Source: an uncultured Gemmatimonadales bacterium (GTDB lineage Bacteria; Gemmatimonadota; Gemmatimonadetes; Gemmatimonadales; GWC2-71-9). From it: 64,000 bases of DNA. Positions 28,599 to 37,441 of the stretch are shown here, one piece after another. Location of the stretch: contig CAVYSW010000003.1 in NCBI GenBank assembly GCA_963771275.1, positions 321,037-385,036 of the forward strand. The letters are read 5' to 3'. A program made the position numbers and the translations under genes. Within the stretch, counting starts at the first letter, position 1. Each line of letters opens with the position of its first letter. The notes under the pieces were generated by a model that saw only the letters and a program-made list of their open reading frames with translations, was not told the origin of the DNA and searched no databases.

Positions 28599-29317
28599 GA
28601 TGGCATCAGGTACAGCAGCTCCACGTTGGCGCGTTCCGGCCGTGTCACGGCGAACAGCACCGCTTCGGCCACGTCGGTCGCCTGCAGCATGCCCGCGCGA
28701 TCCGGCAGGTCGGCGTGGCGCTCCGGGTTCACCGGGTCCCACAGCGACGTGTCGGTCGGGCCGGGGGAGATCAGCGTCATGCGGAGTCCCTTCCCGGCGT
28801 ATTCCACCCGGAGCGCGTCGTGCAGGCCGCGCAGCCCGAACTTGCTCGCTCCGTACGCGGCGTTGCCCGGGAACGCGATATGGTCGGCGACGCTCCCGAT
28901 CGTCACGATGTGTCCGCCCCGCTCCACCATGGCGGGGAGGAAGGCCCGGAGCACCAGAAACCCGCCGACCACGTTCACGTCGAGCTGGCGATGGAACTCC
29001 TCGACCGTCGTCTCGGCAACGGGCTTGAGCAGGAACGCGCCGGCGTTGTTCACCAGGATATCCGGGGCGCCCACGGTGCCGAGCACGGTGTCCGCGAGGC
29101 GGCGCACCTCGCTCTCCAGCGTGACGTCGCACTTGAGCTCGACGCGTCGATCGTGGCCGCCGCTCTGGCGCAGCGCCTCGCTGGGGCTCTCGCCGCTGGT
29201 GGTCCGCGCCACCCGCACCACGACGGCGCCCTCGCGTTCGAGCAGGTCGGCGATCGCCCGGCCGATCCCGCGGCTCGCTCCGGTGACCAGCGCGGTCCTG
29301 CCGGCGAGCGGCGTCAT
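28595..29317 (-). CDS. short-chain dehydrogenase/reductase (SDR)
   Basis: Start reset to [23 protein letters not shown] (ATG at 29317). Catalytic YGASK motif. ATGA overlaps at both ends. Confidence 0.85.
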   Translation of the reverse strand: MTPLAGRTALVTGASRGIGRAIADLLEREGAVVVRVARTTSGESPSEALRQSGGHDRRVELKCDVTLESEVRRLADTVLGTVGAPDILVNNAGAFLLKPVAETTVEEFHRQLDVNVVGGFLVLRAFLPAMVERGGHIVTIGSVADHIAFPGNAAYGASKFGLRGLHDALRVEYAGKGLRMTLISPGPTDTSLWDPVNPERHADLPDRAGMLQATDVAEAVLFAVTRPERANVELLYLMPS

Positions 29318-30015
29318 TCCGAGCGCGAGCGGCCGCTGTGCACGAGGAACATGAACTCCTCGCGGGTCTTGGAATCCGTGCGGAACGTGCCGCGCAGCGC
29401 GCTGGTGACGGTCTTCGAGTTCTGTTTCTCGACGCCGCGCATCATCATGCAGAGGTGCCACGCCTCGATCACGACGCCGACCCCGTAGGGGCCGAGCGCG
29501 CCCATGACGGCGTCCGCGATCTCGTCGGTGAGGCGCTCCTGGACCTGCAGGCGGCGCGCGAACACGTCCACGATGCGCGGCAGCTTGGACAGACCAATGA
29601 TCTTGCCCTTGGGAATGTAGGCGACGTGGGCCTTGCCGAAAAACGGCAGCATGTGGTGCTCGCACAGCGAGTAGATCTCGATGTCGCGCACCAGGATCAT
29701 GCTCTCATGCGACTCCTCGAACACCGCCTGGTTGACGACGTCCTCCACGCAGGTCTCGTAGCCGCGCGTCAGCCAGCGCATCGCTTCCGCGACACGCTCG
29801 GGCGTCTTGAGCAGTCCTTCGCGCAGCGGATCTTCGCCGATCAACGCGAGCTGCTCGCGCACGCGCGCCGCGTATTGCTCTGTCGCACCCGCCCGCACGG
29901 TGGCGAGGCGGGCGCATTCATCCGACGTGGTCGCGACTTGCCCGGCCGGTCGATCGGGGGGGACACTCTTGGGGCTCGTGCTCACAGGACCTCGCGTTGT
30001 CTGTCGCCTCGGCAA
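29314..30015 (-). CDS. folE: GTP cyclohydrolase I
   Basis: Motifs [32 protein letters not shown] and [12 protein letters not shown]. The maximal ORF starts at TTG 30015. The in-frame GTG at 29985 has a better SD (GAGG). Confidence 0.9.
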   Translation of the reverse strand: MPRRQTTRGPVSTSPKSVPPDRPAGQVATTSDECARLATVRAGATEQYAARVREQLALIGEDPLREGLLKTPERVAEAMRWLTRGYETCVEDVVNQAVFEESHESMILVRDIEIYSLCEHHMLPFFGKAHVAYIPKGKIIGLSKLPRIVDVFARRLQVQERLTDEIADAVMGALGPYGVGVVIEAWHLCMMMRGVEKQNSKTVTSALRGTFRTDSKTREEFMFLVHSGRSRSE

Positions 30016-30045
30016 AGGCTATTTTCGCGCCCTGAGAAGCACAAG

Positions 30046-30075
30046 GCCGCCGGCAGGCCCATGCCTGCCGGCGGC
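30046..30075. promoter_or_regulatory. perfect 13-bp inverted repeat with a 4-nt loop in the folE upstream region; function unknown
   Basis: GCCGCCGGCAGGC-ccat-GCCTGCCGGCGGC lies 31 nt from TTG 30015 and 61 nt from GTG 29985. Confidence 0.35.
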
Positions 30076-30299
30076 GGAGCGGGGAGCGGAGAGGGATTTT
30101 TGAAGCCCGAATCCGAAGGTACCGTACCCGAGCGATGACTCTTGCCTTCCCCCGAGGGGGCGTGACATCGGCCACCGCAAATGGGTCCGTATCCGAGCCT
30201 GTTGGCTCAAAAATGTCGTCCCCACTCCCACGCTCTACGCGAATATAGGATTCGCGTACCGGGACGGTCAAGCAAACCTTCGCCGAAGGACGCAATCCA

Positions 30300-30470
30300 A
30301 TGCGCGCATCGAGATGGCTGTGGCTGGCGGTGCTGGCCTGTCTCGCCCTGTGGATCGTGCTCACGTTCGTGATGGACCTGCGCACCGGCTGGACGCATGT
30401 GGCGCTTGTGGCCGCGGTGCTGCTGGCCGTGCGGGCGATCGTGGCGGGCGACGCCGAGCGCTCCGGCTAG
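30300..30470 (+). CDS. small (56 aa) two-TM membrane protein, hypothetical
   Basis: Below the track cutoff. Sequence MRASRWLWLAVLACLALWIVLTFVMDLRTGWTHVALVAAVLLAVRAIVAGDAERSG, with GAAGGA 9 nt upstream of the ATG. Confidence 0.4.
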   Translation: MRASRWLWLAVLACLALWIVLTFVMDLRTGWTHVALVAAVLLAVRAIVAGDAERSG

Positions 30471-30489
30471 CGCCGCACGCCCCGGCCCG

Positions 30490-31038
30490 TCACGGCCACA
30501 CGCGGGTGAGCGGGACCGGGATCGGGGCGTAATCGGGCAGGGCGATCGGCTCGGGTACGTGCAGGCAGAACTCCGGGGCGATCCCCAGCACCATCTGTCG
30601 CCCCCACAGCGCGAAGCGCCGCCCCTCCAGCAGCGCCGGGACCGCCGCCAGCAGCGCCGGATACGACAGGCCGGCAGGCTTCGCGAACCAGATCCCACGC
30701 GCCGCGTCCGGCAGCGGTTCGCCGGCGCGGAGCCGGTACAGGCCGGCGGCGCCGCCCGCGACCAGGCGCGCGGCGTGGTCGTGGGCGTCCTGGCGACTCG
30801 CGGTCACCGCCGCGTCGTTGAGCGGATCCAGCGCCGCCGAGCCGTCCGTCAGGTACCAATCCTCGTACCCCGTGCCACCGGGGATCCAGGGAGCTCCCGC
30901 GAGGCGCCACACCCACGACCGCCGGAAGCCGGGAGGCGGGGCGTCCTTCAGCGCCGCGTGGAACCGGCCCAGGACCCGCTCGTAGTCCTCCCGCCCCACG
31001 GCGGCCTGCTTCCAGTGCCAAAACACGTACGCGAGCAT
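30490..31038 (-). CDS. hypothetical protein
   Basis: Coding-like part of the 297-aa ORF starting at MLAYVFWHWKQAAVGREDYERVLGRFH (ATG at 31038; alternative 31053). I recognise no family. Confidence 0.5.
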   Translation of the reverse strand: MLAYVFWHWKQAAVGREDYERVLGRFHAALKDAPPPGFRRSWVWRLAGAPWIPGGTGYEDWYLTDGSAALDPLNDAAVTASRQDAHDHAARLVAGGAAGLYRLRAGEPLPDAARGIWFAKPAGLSYPALLAAVPALLEGRRFALWGRQMVLGIAPEFCLHVPEPIALPDYAPIPVPLTRVWP

Positions 31039-31152
31039 CCGTGGCACCCCCATCCCACCGTCGCCGGATCCCGCCGGCGCCGCACCCGCCTCGGTACCCC
31101 GTGGCGGGCGGCCGGCCGGCCCGAAGGCTAAGTTAGTCGTGAGGAGGAACCC

Positions 31153-31338
31153 ATGAAGCCCGCCGCTCTGGTTGCCTGCGTGTTTCTGTCGCTCGTCGCC
31201 CTCGCGCACCTGCTGCGCATCGTGCTCGGCCTGGCGGTCACCGCCGGCACGGTCTCCATCCCCATGTGGATGAGCGCCGTCGCCACGGTGTTCACGGCCG
31301 GCCTGGCCGTGTGGCTCTGGCGCGAGCAGCACGCCTGA
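31153..31338 (+). CDS. small two-TM membrane protein, hypothetical
   Basis: MKPAALVACVFLSLVALAHLLRIVLGLAVTAGTVSIPMWMSAVATVFTAGLAVWLWREQHA, preceded by GAGGAGGA. Confidence 0.5.
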   Translation: MKPAALVACVFLSLVALAHLLRIVLGLAVTAGTVSIPMWMSAVATVFTAGLAVWLWREQHA

Positions 31339-31351
31339 TCCCGGAGGGGGC

Positions 31352-32068
31352 ATGCCGCACAAGCGCCTGCTGCTGCTCAGCAATTCGAAGAACTTCGGCT
31401 CCGGCTACCTCACGCATGCGGAAGGCACGATCGCGGACTTCCTCGGCGCCGGCGTCGCGGAGATCCTGTTCGTCCCGTTCGCCGCGGTGCGGGTGAGCTT
31501 CGACGACTTCACGGCCATGGTGCGCGAGCGGTTCGCGGCCATGGGCTACGGCCTCCAGTCGGTGCACGCCGTGGCCGATCCCCAGGGTGCCGTCCGGACC
31601 GCCCAGGCGATCGTGGTGGGCGGCGGGAACACGTTTTCCCTGCTCAAGCGGCTCGCCGACCTACACCTGCTCGAGGCGATTCGGGCGGCGGCCCTCGCGG
31701 GCACCCCGTACCTGGGCTGGAGCGCGGGCGCGAACGTGGCCGGCCCGACGATCCGGACGACCAACGACATGCCGATCGTGGAGCCGCCCGGCTTGACCGC
31801 CCTGGGACTCGTGCCGTTCCAGATCAACCCGCATTACACGGACGCGGTGATCCCCCAGCACGGGGGCGAGACCCGGGCCGACCGGCTGCTCGAGTTCGTC
31901 GAGGCCAATCCCGGCGTGCCGGTCGTCGCGCTCCGCGAGGGAAGCCTGCTGCGCGTGGAGGGGAGCCGGATCACGCTGGTGGGCGAGCAACCGGCGCGCG
32001 TGTTCCTCCGGGGCCGGGAGCCCTACGAAGTGGAGCCCGGGGCCGGGCTGCAGGGCCTGATGGCGTGA
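31352..32068 (+). CDS. pepE: dipeptidase E (peptidase S51)
   Basis: LLLLSNS...VVGGGNTFSLL...YLGWSAGANV...INPHY is the S51 pattern. Confidence 0.85.
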   Translation: MPHKRLLLLSNSKNFGSGYLTHAEGTIADFLGAGVAEILFVPFAAVRVSFDDFTAMVRERFAAMGYGLQSVHAVADPQGAVRTAQAIVVGGGNTFSLLKRLADLHLLEAIRAAALAGTPYLGWSAGANVAGPTIRTTNDMPIVEPPGLTALGLVPFQINPHYTDAVIPQHGGETRADRLLEFVEANPGVPVVALREGSLLRVEGSRITLVGEQPARVFLRGREPYEVEPGAGLQGLMA

Positions 32069-32069
32069 G

Positions 32070-32630
32070 ATGCGCCGCGCCCTGACGCTGTGCGTCGTGC
32101 TCGCCGCCTGTTCCCGCGCGGCGCAGTCGCCGGCGGTAAGGCCGCTGACCGAGCGGGACCTCGCCAACGCGACGCTCCGTACGGAGTACGCCGAGTCCGC
32201 GGCGACGGTCACGCTGAGCAACGGCCGGTACGAGGCGCCCGACAGCAGCCTCCAGGTCATTCTGCTCCGGCCCGTCGTGTTCGGCGATCTCACCGGCGAT
32301 ACGATTCCGGAGGCCGCGGCGGTGCTGCTGAGCGAGCCCGGCGGATCCGGCTCGTTCTATGATCTGGTCGTCGTGGCCGCCACGCCCGATGGCCCCCGGC
32401 AGCTCGCGGCCACGTTCCTCGGCGATCGCGTGGACATCGAAAGCCTGATGATCGTGGACCGGCAGATCCTGATGCAGCTGGTGACGCAGGGCCCCGCCGA
32501 CCCGATGTGCTGTCCGAGCCGGCGGGAGGCGCGTACGTACGCACTGGTGGGCGAGAGCCTCGCCCTCGTCGGCGCGCCCGTCCTGATCAATGACTCGGTA
32601 CCGGCGGACACGGGTGGGACGCGCCCGTAG
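32070..32630 (+). CDS. lipoprotein, hypothetical
   Basis: Signal peptide plus lipobox MRRALTLCVVLAACS. The start is 1 nt after the pepE stop. Confidence 0.55.
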   Translation: MRRALTLCVVLAACSRAAQSPAVRPLTERDLANATLRTEYAESAATVTLSNGRYEAPDSSLQVILLRPVVFGDLTGDTIPEAAAVLLSEPGGSGSFYDLVVVAATPDGPRQLAATFLGDRVDIESLMIVDRQILMQLVTQGPADPMCCPSRREARTYALVGESLALVGAPVLINDSVPADTGGTRP

Positions 32631-32666
32631 CCACTCGACCCACAAGCGTCCGAGCGGGATTCCGAT

Positions 32667-32777
32667 ATGGGCAAGGGTGATCGCAAGTCGTTCCGCGGCA
32701 AGCTCCATCGCGGGACCTACGGCAAGCGCCGACCGCGCAAGCGCAAGAAGGCGAAGACGACGTCGAAAGCCGGCTGA
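32667..32777 (+). CDS. 30S ribosomal protein Thx
   Basis: Below the track cutoff. MGKGDRKSFRGKLHRGTYGKRRPRKRKKAKTTSKAG closely resembles, from memory, Thermus Thx ([26 protein letters not shown]). Confidence 0.85.
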   Translation: MGKGDRKSFRGKLHRGTYGKRRPRKRKKAKTTSKAG

Positions 32778-32792
32778 GCGTCCGATTCGACG

Positions 32793-33767
32793 TCAGATCT
32801 CCCAGTTGGAAAACAGGATCTCGTCCTCGGGCACGCGGGCCTCGGGGAACCCGGTGAGCGTCATCCGGAGGTCGGTCCAGCGCACGTGATAGCCCCGGCG
32901 CACGAGGACGGTGTACGCCGGCGCAAACACGGTCTGGCAGCGCACCGCGACGCGGTCCAGGCGGAGCCGCGCGGCACAGGCCTCCACCGCCCGCAGCACC
33001 TCCAGGAAGACGGCGGAGCTGGCGGCGAACAGCTTGAGCACGCGGAGCTCGTCGCCGCCCCGCGCCTCCGCCAGCGGCGCCGAGTGCCACAGGGCGAACC
33101 CCTGCACCGCGCCGCCTCGCTCCACCACCACCGTGTCGCCGATCCCGAGCTCGAGCGTGAGCTCGTGCTCGCGCGTGAAGTCATAGCCGGGCGCCGAGCG
33201 CGCGAGGCGCTCCTGGCAGCGGACCAGCAGGTCGGCCCGCTCGGACTCCGGCAGCGCGCTCAGCTGCAATGCCCCGCGGCGCGGCGGACGGTCGGGCACG
33301 TCCCCGGTGAGCGTGATCGTCAGGCATCCCGGCAGGAAGCCCAGGCGGCTGTAGAACCCGATGTTGTCCACCGTGCGGGGCATGGTCTCGAGCCCGAGGG
33401 TGGCGACGCCGCGCTGCTTGAGCGTGTCGATCGCCGCCCGCACCACGACCTGCCCGAGACCGAGTCCCTGGCGGTCCGGGCGGACCGCCAGCGGTCCCAT
33501 CCAGCCCTCGTTCCCGGAGTGGTGCGCAACATTGAAGGCCACCACCCGGCCGCTCTCGTCGCGCCAGATCATCGCACCGTCCGCGGCGTCCCGCAGCGCG
33601 TAGGTCCAGATGATCGGGTTCAACGGCGGCACACGCACGCCGACGAGACCGTCGCGCCGATAGCGCTCGGTGAACGCTTCCGAGAACAACCGGTTCAGGT
33701 CGGGGATGTCCTGCTCGGTCACGGCGACCGGCCCGACCAGCCGCCGATCCGGCTGCCACTCCTTCAT
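32793..33767 (-). CDS. GNAT family N-acetyltransferase with a C-terminal extra domain
   Basis: Start reset to MKEWQPDRRL (ATG at 33767). Acetyl-CoA binding region LAVRPDRQGLGLGQVVVRAAIDTLKQRG. Confidence 0.75.
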   Translation of the reverse strand: MKEWQPDRRLVGPVAVTEQDIPDLNRLFSEAFTERYRRDGLVGVRVPPLNPIIWTYALRDAADGAMIWRDESGRVVAFNVAHHSGNEGWMGPLAVRPDRQGLGLGQVVVRAAIDTLKQRGVATLGLETMPRTVDNIGFYSRLGFLPGCLTITLTGDVPDRPPRRGALQLSALPESERADLLVRCQERLARSAPGYDFTREHELTLELGIGDTVVVERGGAVQGFALWHSAPLAEARGGDELRVLKLFAASSAVFLEVLRAVEACAARLRLDRVAVRCQTVFAPAYTVLVRRGYHVRWTDLRMTLTGFPEARVPEDEILFSNWEI

Positions 33768-33835
33768 CCGATCCTCCCGGGGCCCCGCCCTCGATCCTTG
33801 CGCAAGGTGCGCTTTTGGTGCCATCGTGCATTTGC

Positions 33836-34933
33836 ATGCGCACTGTCTGCGGCGCGGCCGCCCCCACCCTGCTCGCCCTGGCGCTGCTCACGGGCTGCGG
33901 CGAGCCAAACGATACCGTGTTCGTCCGCCCCGCCGCCGCTCCGGAGGAGATCGCCCCCGGCCTGTTCCGCGTCACCTGGAACCCGGCGCCCGACGTGGTG
34001 CGCGGGTTCACCCCCGACGGCGCCCGCATCCTCTACCAGAGTCGCGATCTCCCCGGCGTCGGCGCGGGCTGGTACGTGCTGAGCGTCGGGATCGCCGACG
34101 GCGCCGTGCGCGAGGAGGCGTCGGTCTACCGGCGCGCGCTCGGCGATCCACTCGGCCAGCTCACCATCACCCCGACGCACCGGCTGCTGGTAACCTGGCG
34201 CGCGGTGCCGGAAGGGGCGGCCAACTGCCCGACCTGTCCGCCTCCACCCACGGCGGTCGACGTGGCGATTCGCCGCCTGCCGCTGCAGGACGGCGTCGCC
34301 GTCTCGGGACTCCCCTTCCGCGTGATCGTCCTCACCAACCACGCCTCCGCCGGATGCCGCCACCGCATCCGACGCGACCCCGTCGAGCAGCTCGTCGCAG
34401 CACGGCGTGTGAACCCGTATGGCCCGGCCGAGCTGGCCGACGAGTCGGCCGGATTCTACTCCGACGGCGACGCCGTCTGGCGATACGACCCCACCGATCC
34501 CGCCGAGCCTCCGGATTCCCTGGGCCTCGGCGCGTTTCCGGCGCTGTCGCCCGATGGGTCGTTGCTCGCCGCAGCGGTCCCCACCGGCGTGGACAGCACC
34601 TCCGGTTTCTGCAACTTCGGTCTCTGTCCCTGCGTGCAGGAGACCGTGACGTTCACCGCCACCGGCTGGCAGACCCTGCTGTACGATCTCGCCGCCGGCA
34701 CCGTCCGGCCCCTCGCCGCCGGAAGCGAGCCCGCGTTCGATCCGCTCGCGCCCCGCGTGGCGGTGCGGCGCGACGACGCGCTCTACTGGCTCGAGCTCGC
34801 CACCGGAACCGCCACCAAGATCCCGGGCACGGAGGGCGGCTATGCCCCCGCGGTGGCGCCGGACGGCGCGCGGCTCGCGTTCAGCGCCGGGACGTACGGC
34901 AACCCGGACGTGTTCTTCGTGCGGCTGCGATAA
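33836..34933 (+). CDS. lipoprotein with TolB/PD40-like beta-propeller repeats, hypothetical
   Basis: Start reset to MRTVCGAAAPTLLALALLTGC (lipobox). PD40-like units: FTPDGARILYQS, LSPDGSLLAAA and VAPDGARLAFSA. Confidence 0.55.
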   Translation: MRTVCGAAAPTLLALALLTGCGEPNDTVFVRPAAAPEEIAPGLFRVTWNPAPDVVRGFTPDGARILYQSRDLPGVGAGWYVLSVGIADGAVREEASVYRRALGDPLGQLTITPTHRLLVTWRAVPEGAANCPTCPPPPTAVDVAIRRLPLQDGVAVSGLPFRVIVLTNHASAGCRHRIRRDPVEQLVAARRVNPYGPAELADESAGFYSDGDAVWRYDPTDPAEPPDSLGLGAFPALSPDGSLLAAAVPTGVDSTSGFCNFGLCPCVQETVTFTATGWQTLLYDLAAGTVRPLAAGSEPAFDPLAPRVAVRRDDALYWLELATGTATKIPGTEGGYAPAVAPDGARLAFSAGTYGNPDVFFVRLR

Positions 34934-34941
34934 CAGCCGTT

Positions 34942-35012
34942 CAGCGTGCAGCGTGCAGCGCAACTCCATCGGCTTGTCGGCCATCGGCTAACGGCCAACC
35001 GCCAACGGCCAA
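34942..35012. repeat. composite of three short tandem repeat sets in a convergent intergenic gap
   Basis: cagcgtg x2.5; CCATCGGCT x2 (15-nt period); and AACSGCC-type heptads (aacggcc aaccgcc aacggcc aacactc). Confidence 0.6.
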
Positions 35013-35017
35013 CACTC

Positions 35018-37441
35018 TCAGGCCGCCGCGTCCTCATCCGCCCCAGGATCCTCACGCACCACCGCGGCGCCCGTCGCGGGGTCCACCGACACCCGCAGCA
35101 CCCGGTCCACGGTATCGCGCACGGACTCGATGTGCGTAATGAGTATCACCTGGGGGAACCGGTCGGCCAGCCGCCGCAGCAATGCCACCACGTGCTGGCG
35201 CCGGAGCTCGTCCAGGCTGCCGAAGATCTCGTCCAGCACGAGCAGCGAGAGCGGGAGCCCCGCCCGTTCCGCCACCATTTGGCTGATCGCGAGCCGCAGG
35301 ACCAGGTTCGCGATGTCCTCCTCCCCGCCGGAGATCACCGGCTTCGGCTCGCCCTCCTCGAGCACCAGAATGTGGTAGTGCTCATCCAGCTCCAGCTCGT
35401 GGTAGCGACCGTCGGTGAGGTCCGCGAGGAACGCTGACGCCACCTCCGACAACTCGGGGCGCAGCTGGGCGTTCAGGTCCGTGCGCAGGTCGCCGAACGC
35501 CGCGTCCAGCTCGTCGTGCACCCGCAGCTCGCAGCGCGACCGGTCGGCCCGGGCCACCCGCTCCGCCCGCTCGGCGAGCTGGCGCTCCGCGGCCGCCACC
35601 GCCGTGACCGCGCCGCGCAGCTCCCCGCGGCGCGTCACCACCGTGAGCTCCGCTTCGCGCAGCACGGCTTCGGCGGCCTCGTACTCTTCCCGCGCCGTCC
35701 GGTAGCGCTCCTCGCTGAACCCGAGCTGTCCGATCCGCTCCACCAGGTCCGCCAGCCGCGCTTCCCGCGCCGACAGGGCGTGTTCCGCCGCTTCCGCGTC
35801 GCGCACCAGCCGCTCCGCCCGCTCCGCCTTGACGCGAAGCCCGGCCGCCCGCGCGACGGCGGGCTCCAGCTGCTTGATCCGCTCGCGCAACTCGTCGTGT
35901 CGCGCGGCGTCGTACGTGTCGGGCAGCGCGGCCACCTGCCGTTCCAGCTCCGCGATCCCCGCCTCCACCCTCGCCAGATCCGCCCGCAGGTCCGTCGCCT
36001 CGCGCTCGCGCGCCCGCGCCTGCGCGACGGCCTCCGTCGCCACGTCGACAGCCGCCCGTGCCTCCGCCACGCGCTGGCGCGCCCGCTGCACCTCGGCGGG
36101 CTCGTCGGCCAGCTGCTCGACCCGCTGCTTGAAGAACCGGCCGTTCAGCTCGATCTCTTCCAGCTGCCGGCTCAGCGCCGCCAGCACCGCTTCGTACTCG
36201 TCGCCCAGCCGGCGCGCACAGGTCGGACAGGCGCCGTCCGGCCCGGCCGCGACGATGCGCTCGCGATGCTCCAGCAGGTCGCGGTACTGGTCGCGCAGCG
36301 TGAGGCGCTTGGTCTCCGCGTCCTGCCGGTTGCGCACCCACTCCGTCCGCGCCCGCTCCTCGTCCTGCTCCGGCTCCCCGAGGGCCGCGCGGGCGCGCTC
36401 CGCGGCGTCCTGCGCCGCCCGTACGCCGGCCGCGACGTCGTTCAGGGCGGCGAGCCGCTCCGCGTCCTGGGCGCGCTGCTCGCGGCGCGCCGCGAGCTGG
36501 CCGCTGAGCTGCCGGCGCTGCCCGGCCGCCCGGGCCTGCGCGTCCAGCTGAGCGAGCTCCGCCCGCAACGGCTCCAGGTGCGCCAGCGTCGGATCCAGCT
36601 CGCGCAGCGCGCTCTGCGCCACGAGCGCTTCCGCCAGCTCGCGATCGAGCCGCTCGCACTCCCGGCGGCCCTCCTCCACCTCCTTCTCGGCGACGCGCCG
36701 GTCGCCGTCGAGCGCCAGCACGACCTCGCGCAGCCGCACGACGCCGGTCCAGGCCGGTCCCGCCGCGTCGCGCCGCCGCGCGGCCGCGGCCGCCGCGCTC
36801 TCCGCGGTGCCCAGCGCCACTTCCGCCTCGTGCACCCGGGCCGCCGCGTCTGTCCGCTCGCGCTCGAGCGCCGCCGAATCACCCAGCCCCGCCTCCAGCC
36901 CGGCCAGCTCGCCCCGCAGCGCCGACCGGCGCTCGCGCAGCCGGTCCTGCGCCACCCGCAGCCGCTCGTAGCCGAGGATGCGCGACAGGAACTTGCCGCG
37001 GTCCGTCGGCCCGAGGGCGGCCATCACCGCCAACTCCTTCTGCCCGGTGAAATAGGTGTTGAAGAACTCCTCGCGGGTCATGCCGAGCAGCCGCTGCAGC
37101 CGCGCCGTCACCTCCTGCGCGCTGTTCGCGACCGGCGCGTCGCCGCGATCGAGGAACAGCTCCGCCCCGTACAGCGAGCGCGTCACGCGGTACTCGTGGA
37201 TGCCGAGCGCGAACTCCAGCTCGACCCGCACGGGCGCGCGCGCCGGCGCCCGGTTGAAGCGGATCGAGTCCCGCCCGCCCCGCGCGGCCGGCGTGCCGTA
37301 GATCGCCCAGGTCATCGCCTCGAGCAGCGTCGTCTTCCCCGCGCCGTTCGGGCCGATCACCCCGGTGATCCCGCTGCCGAACTCAATGTCCGTCGCGATG
37401 TGCTGGCGGAAGTTCGTGAGCCGGAGCCGCTGGAGTCTCAC
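35018..37441 (-). CDS. sbcC: SbcC/Rad50-family ATPase (DSB repair nuclease subunit)
   Basis: Start reset to GTG 37441 (VRLQRLRLTNF; GTGA overlap with the sbcD stop). Walker A GPNGAGKTT, long coiled coils, zinc hook CPTC (36218-36229), signature SGGEEDIANLVLRLA, Walker B LLVLDEIFGSLD. Confidence 0.85.
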   Translation of the reverse strand: MRLQRLRLTNFRQHIATDIEFGSGITGVIGPNGAGKTTLLEAMTWAIYGTPAARGGRDSIRFNRAPARAPVRVELEFALGIHEYRVTRSLYGAELFLDRGDAPVANSAQEVTARLQRLLGMTREEFFNTYFTGQKELAVMAALGPTDRGKFLSRILGYERLRVAQDRLRERRSALRGELAGLEAGLGDSAALERERTDAAARVHEAEVALGTAESAAAAAARRRDAAGPAWTGVVRLREVVLALDGDRRVAEKEVEEGRRECERLDRELAEALVAQSALRELDPTLAHLEPLRAELAQLDAQARAAGQRRQLSGQLAARREQRAQDAERLAALNDVAAGVRAAQDAAERARAALGEPEQDEERARTEWVRNRQDAETKRLTLRDQYRDLLEHRERIVAAGPDGACPTCARRLGDEYEAVLAALSRQLEEIELNGRFFKQRVEQLADEPAEVQRARQRVAEARAAVDVATEAVAQARAREREATDLRADLARVEAGIAELERQVAALPDTYDAARHDELRERIKQLEPAVARAAGLRVKAERAERLVRDAEAAEHALSAREARLADLVERIGQLGFSEERYRTAREEYEAAEAVLREAELTVVTRRGELRGAVTAVAAAERQLAERAERVARADRSRCELRVHDELDAAFGDLRTDLNAQLRPELSEVASAFLADLTDGRYHELELDEHYHILVLEEGEPKPVISGGEEDIANLVLRLAISQMVAERAGLPLSLLVLDEIFGSLDELRRQHVVALLRRLADRFPQVILITHIESVRDTVDRVLRVSVDPATGAAVVREDPGADEDAAA

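Noticed and set aside
26331-29354. The longest + strand ORF in the region (1007 aa).
   Set aside because: Its translation is Arg/Gly/Pro/His-rich with no recognisable motifs. It lies antisense to three minus-strand genes with clear family signatures (M23 peptidase, SDR, folE). It is a typical high-GC shadow ORF.
30016-30299. A THF, ZTP or preQ1 riboswitch in the folE leader.
   Set aside because: The conserved core sequences I remember for these classes are not present on either strand. The hairpin is a perfect helix without the internal loops expected of the folE-associated THF-II motif. It is kept only as an uncharacterised hairpin.
34942-35012. Short tandem repeats inspected as a possible CRISPR or minisatellite array.
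   Set aside because: The units are 7 to 15 nt with no spacer structure and only 2 to 4 copies each. This is not a CRISPR array.
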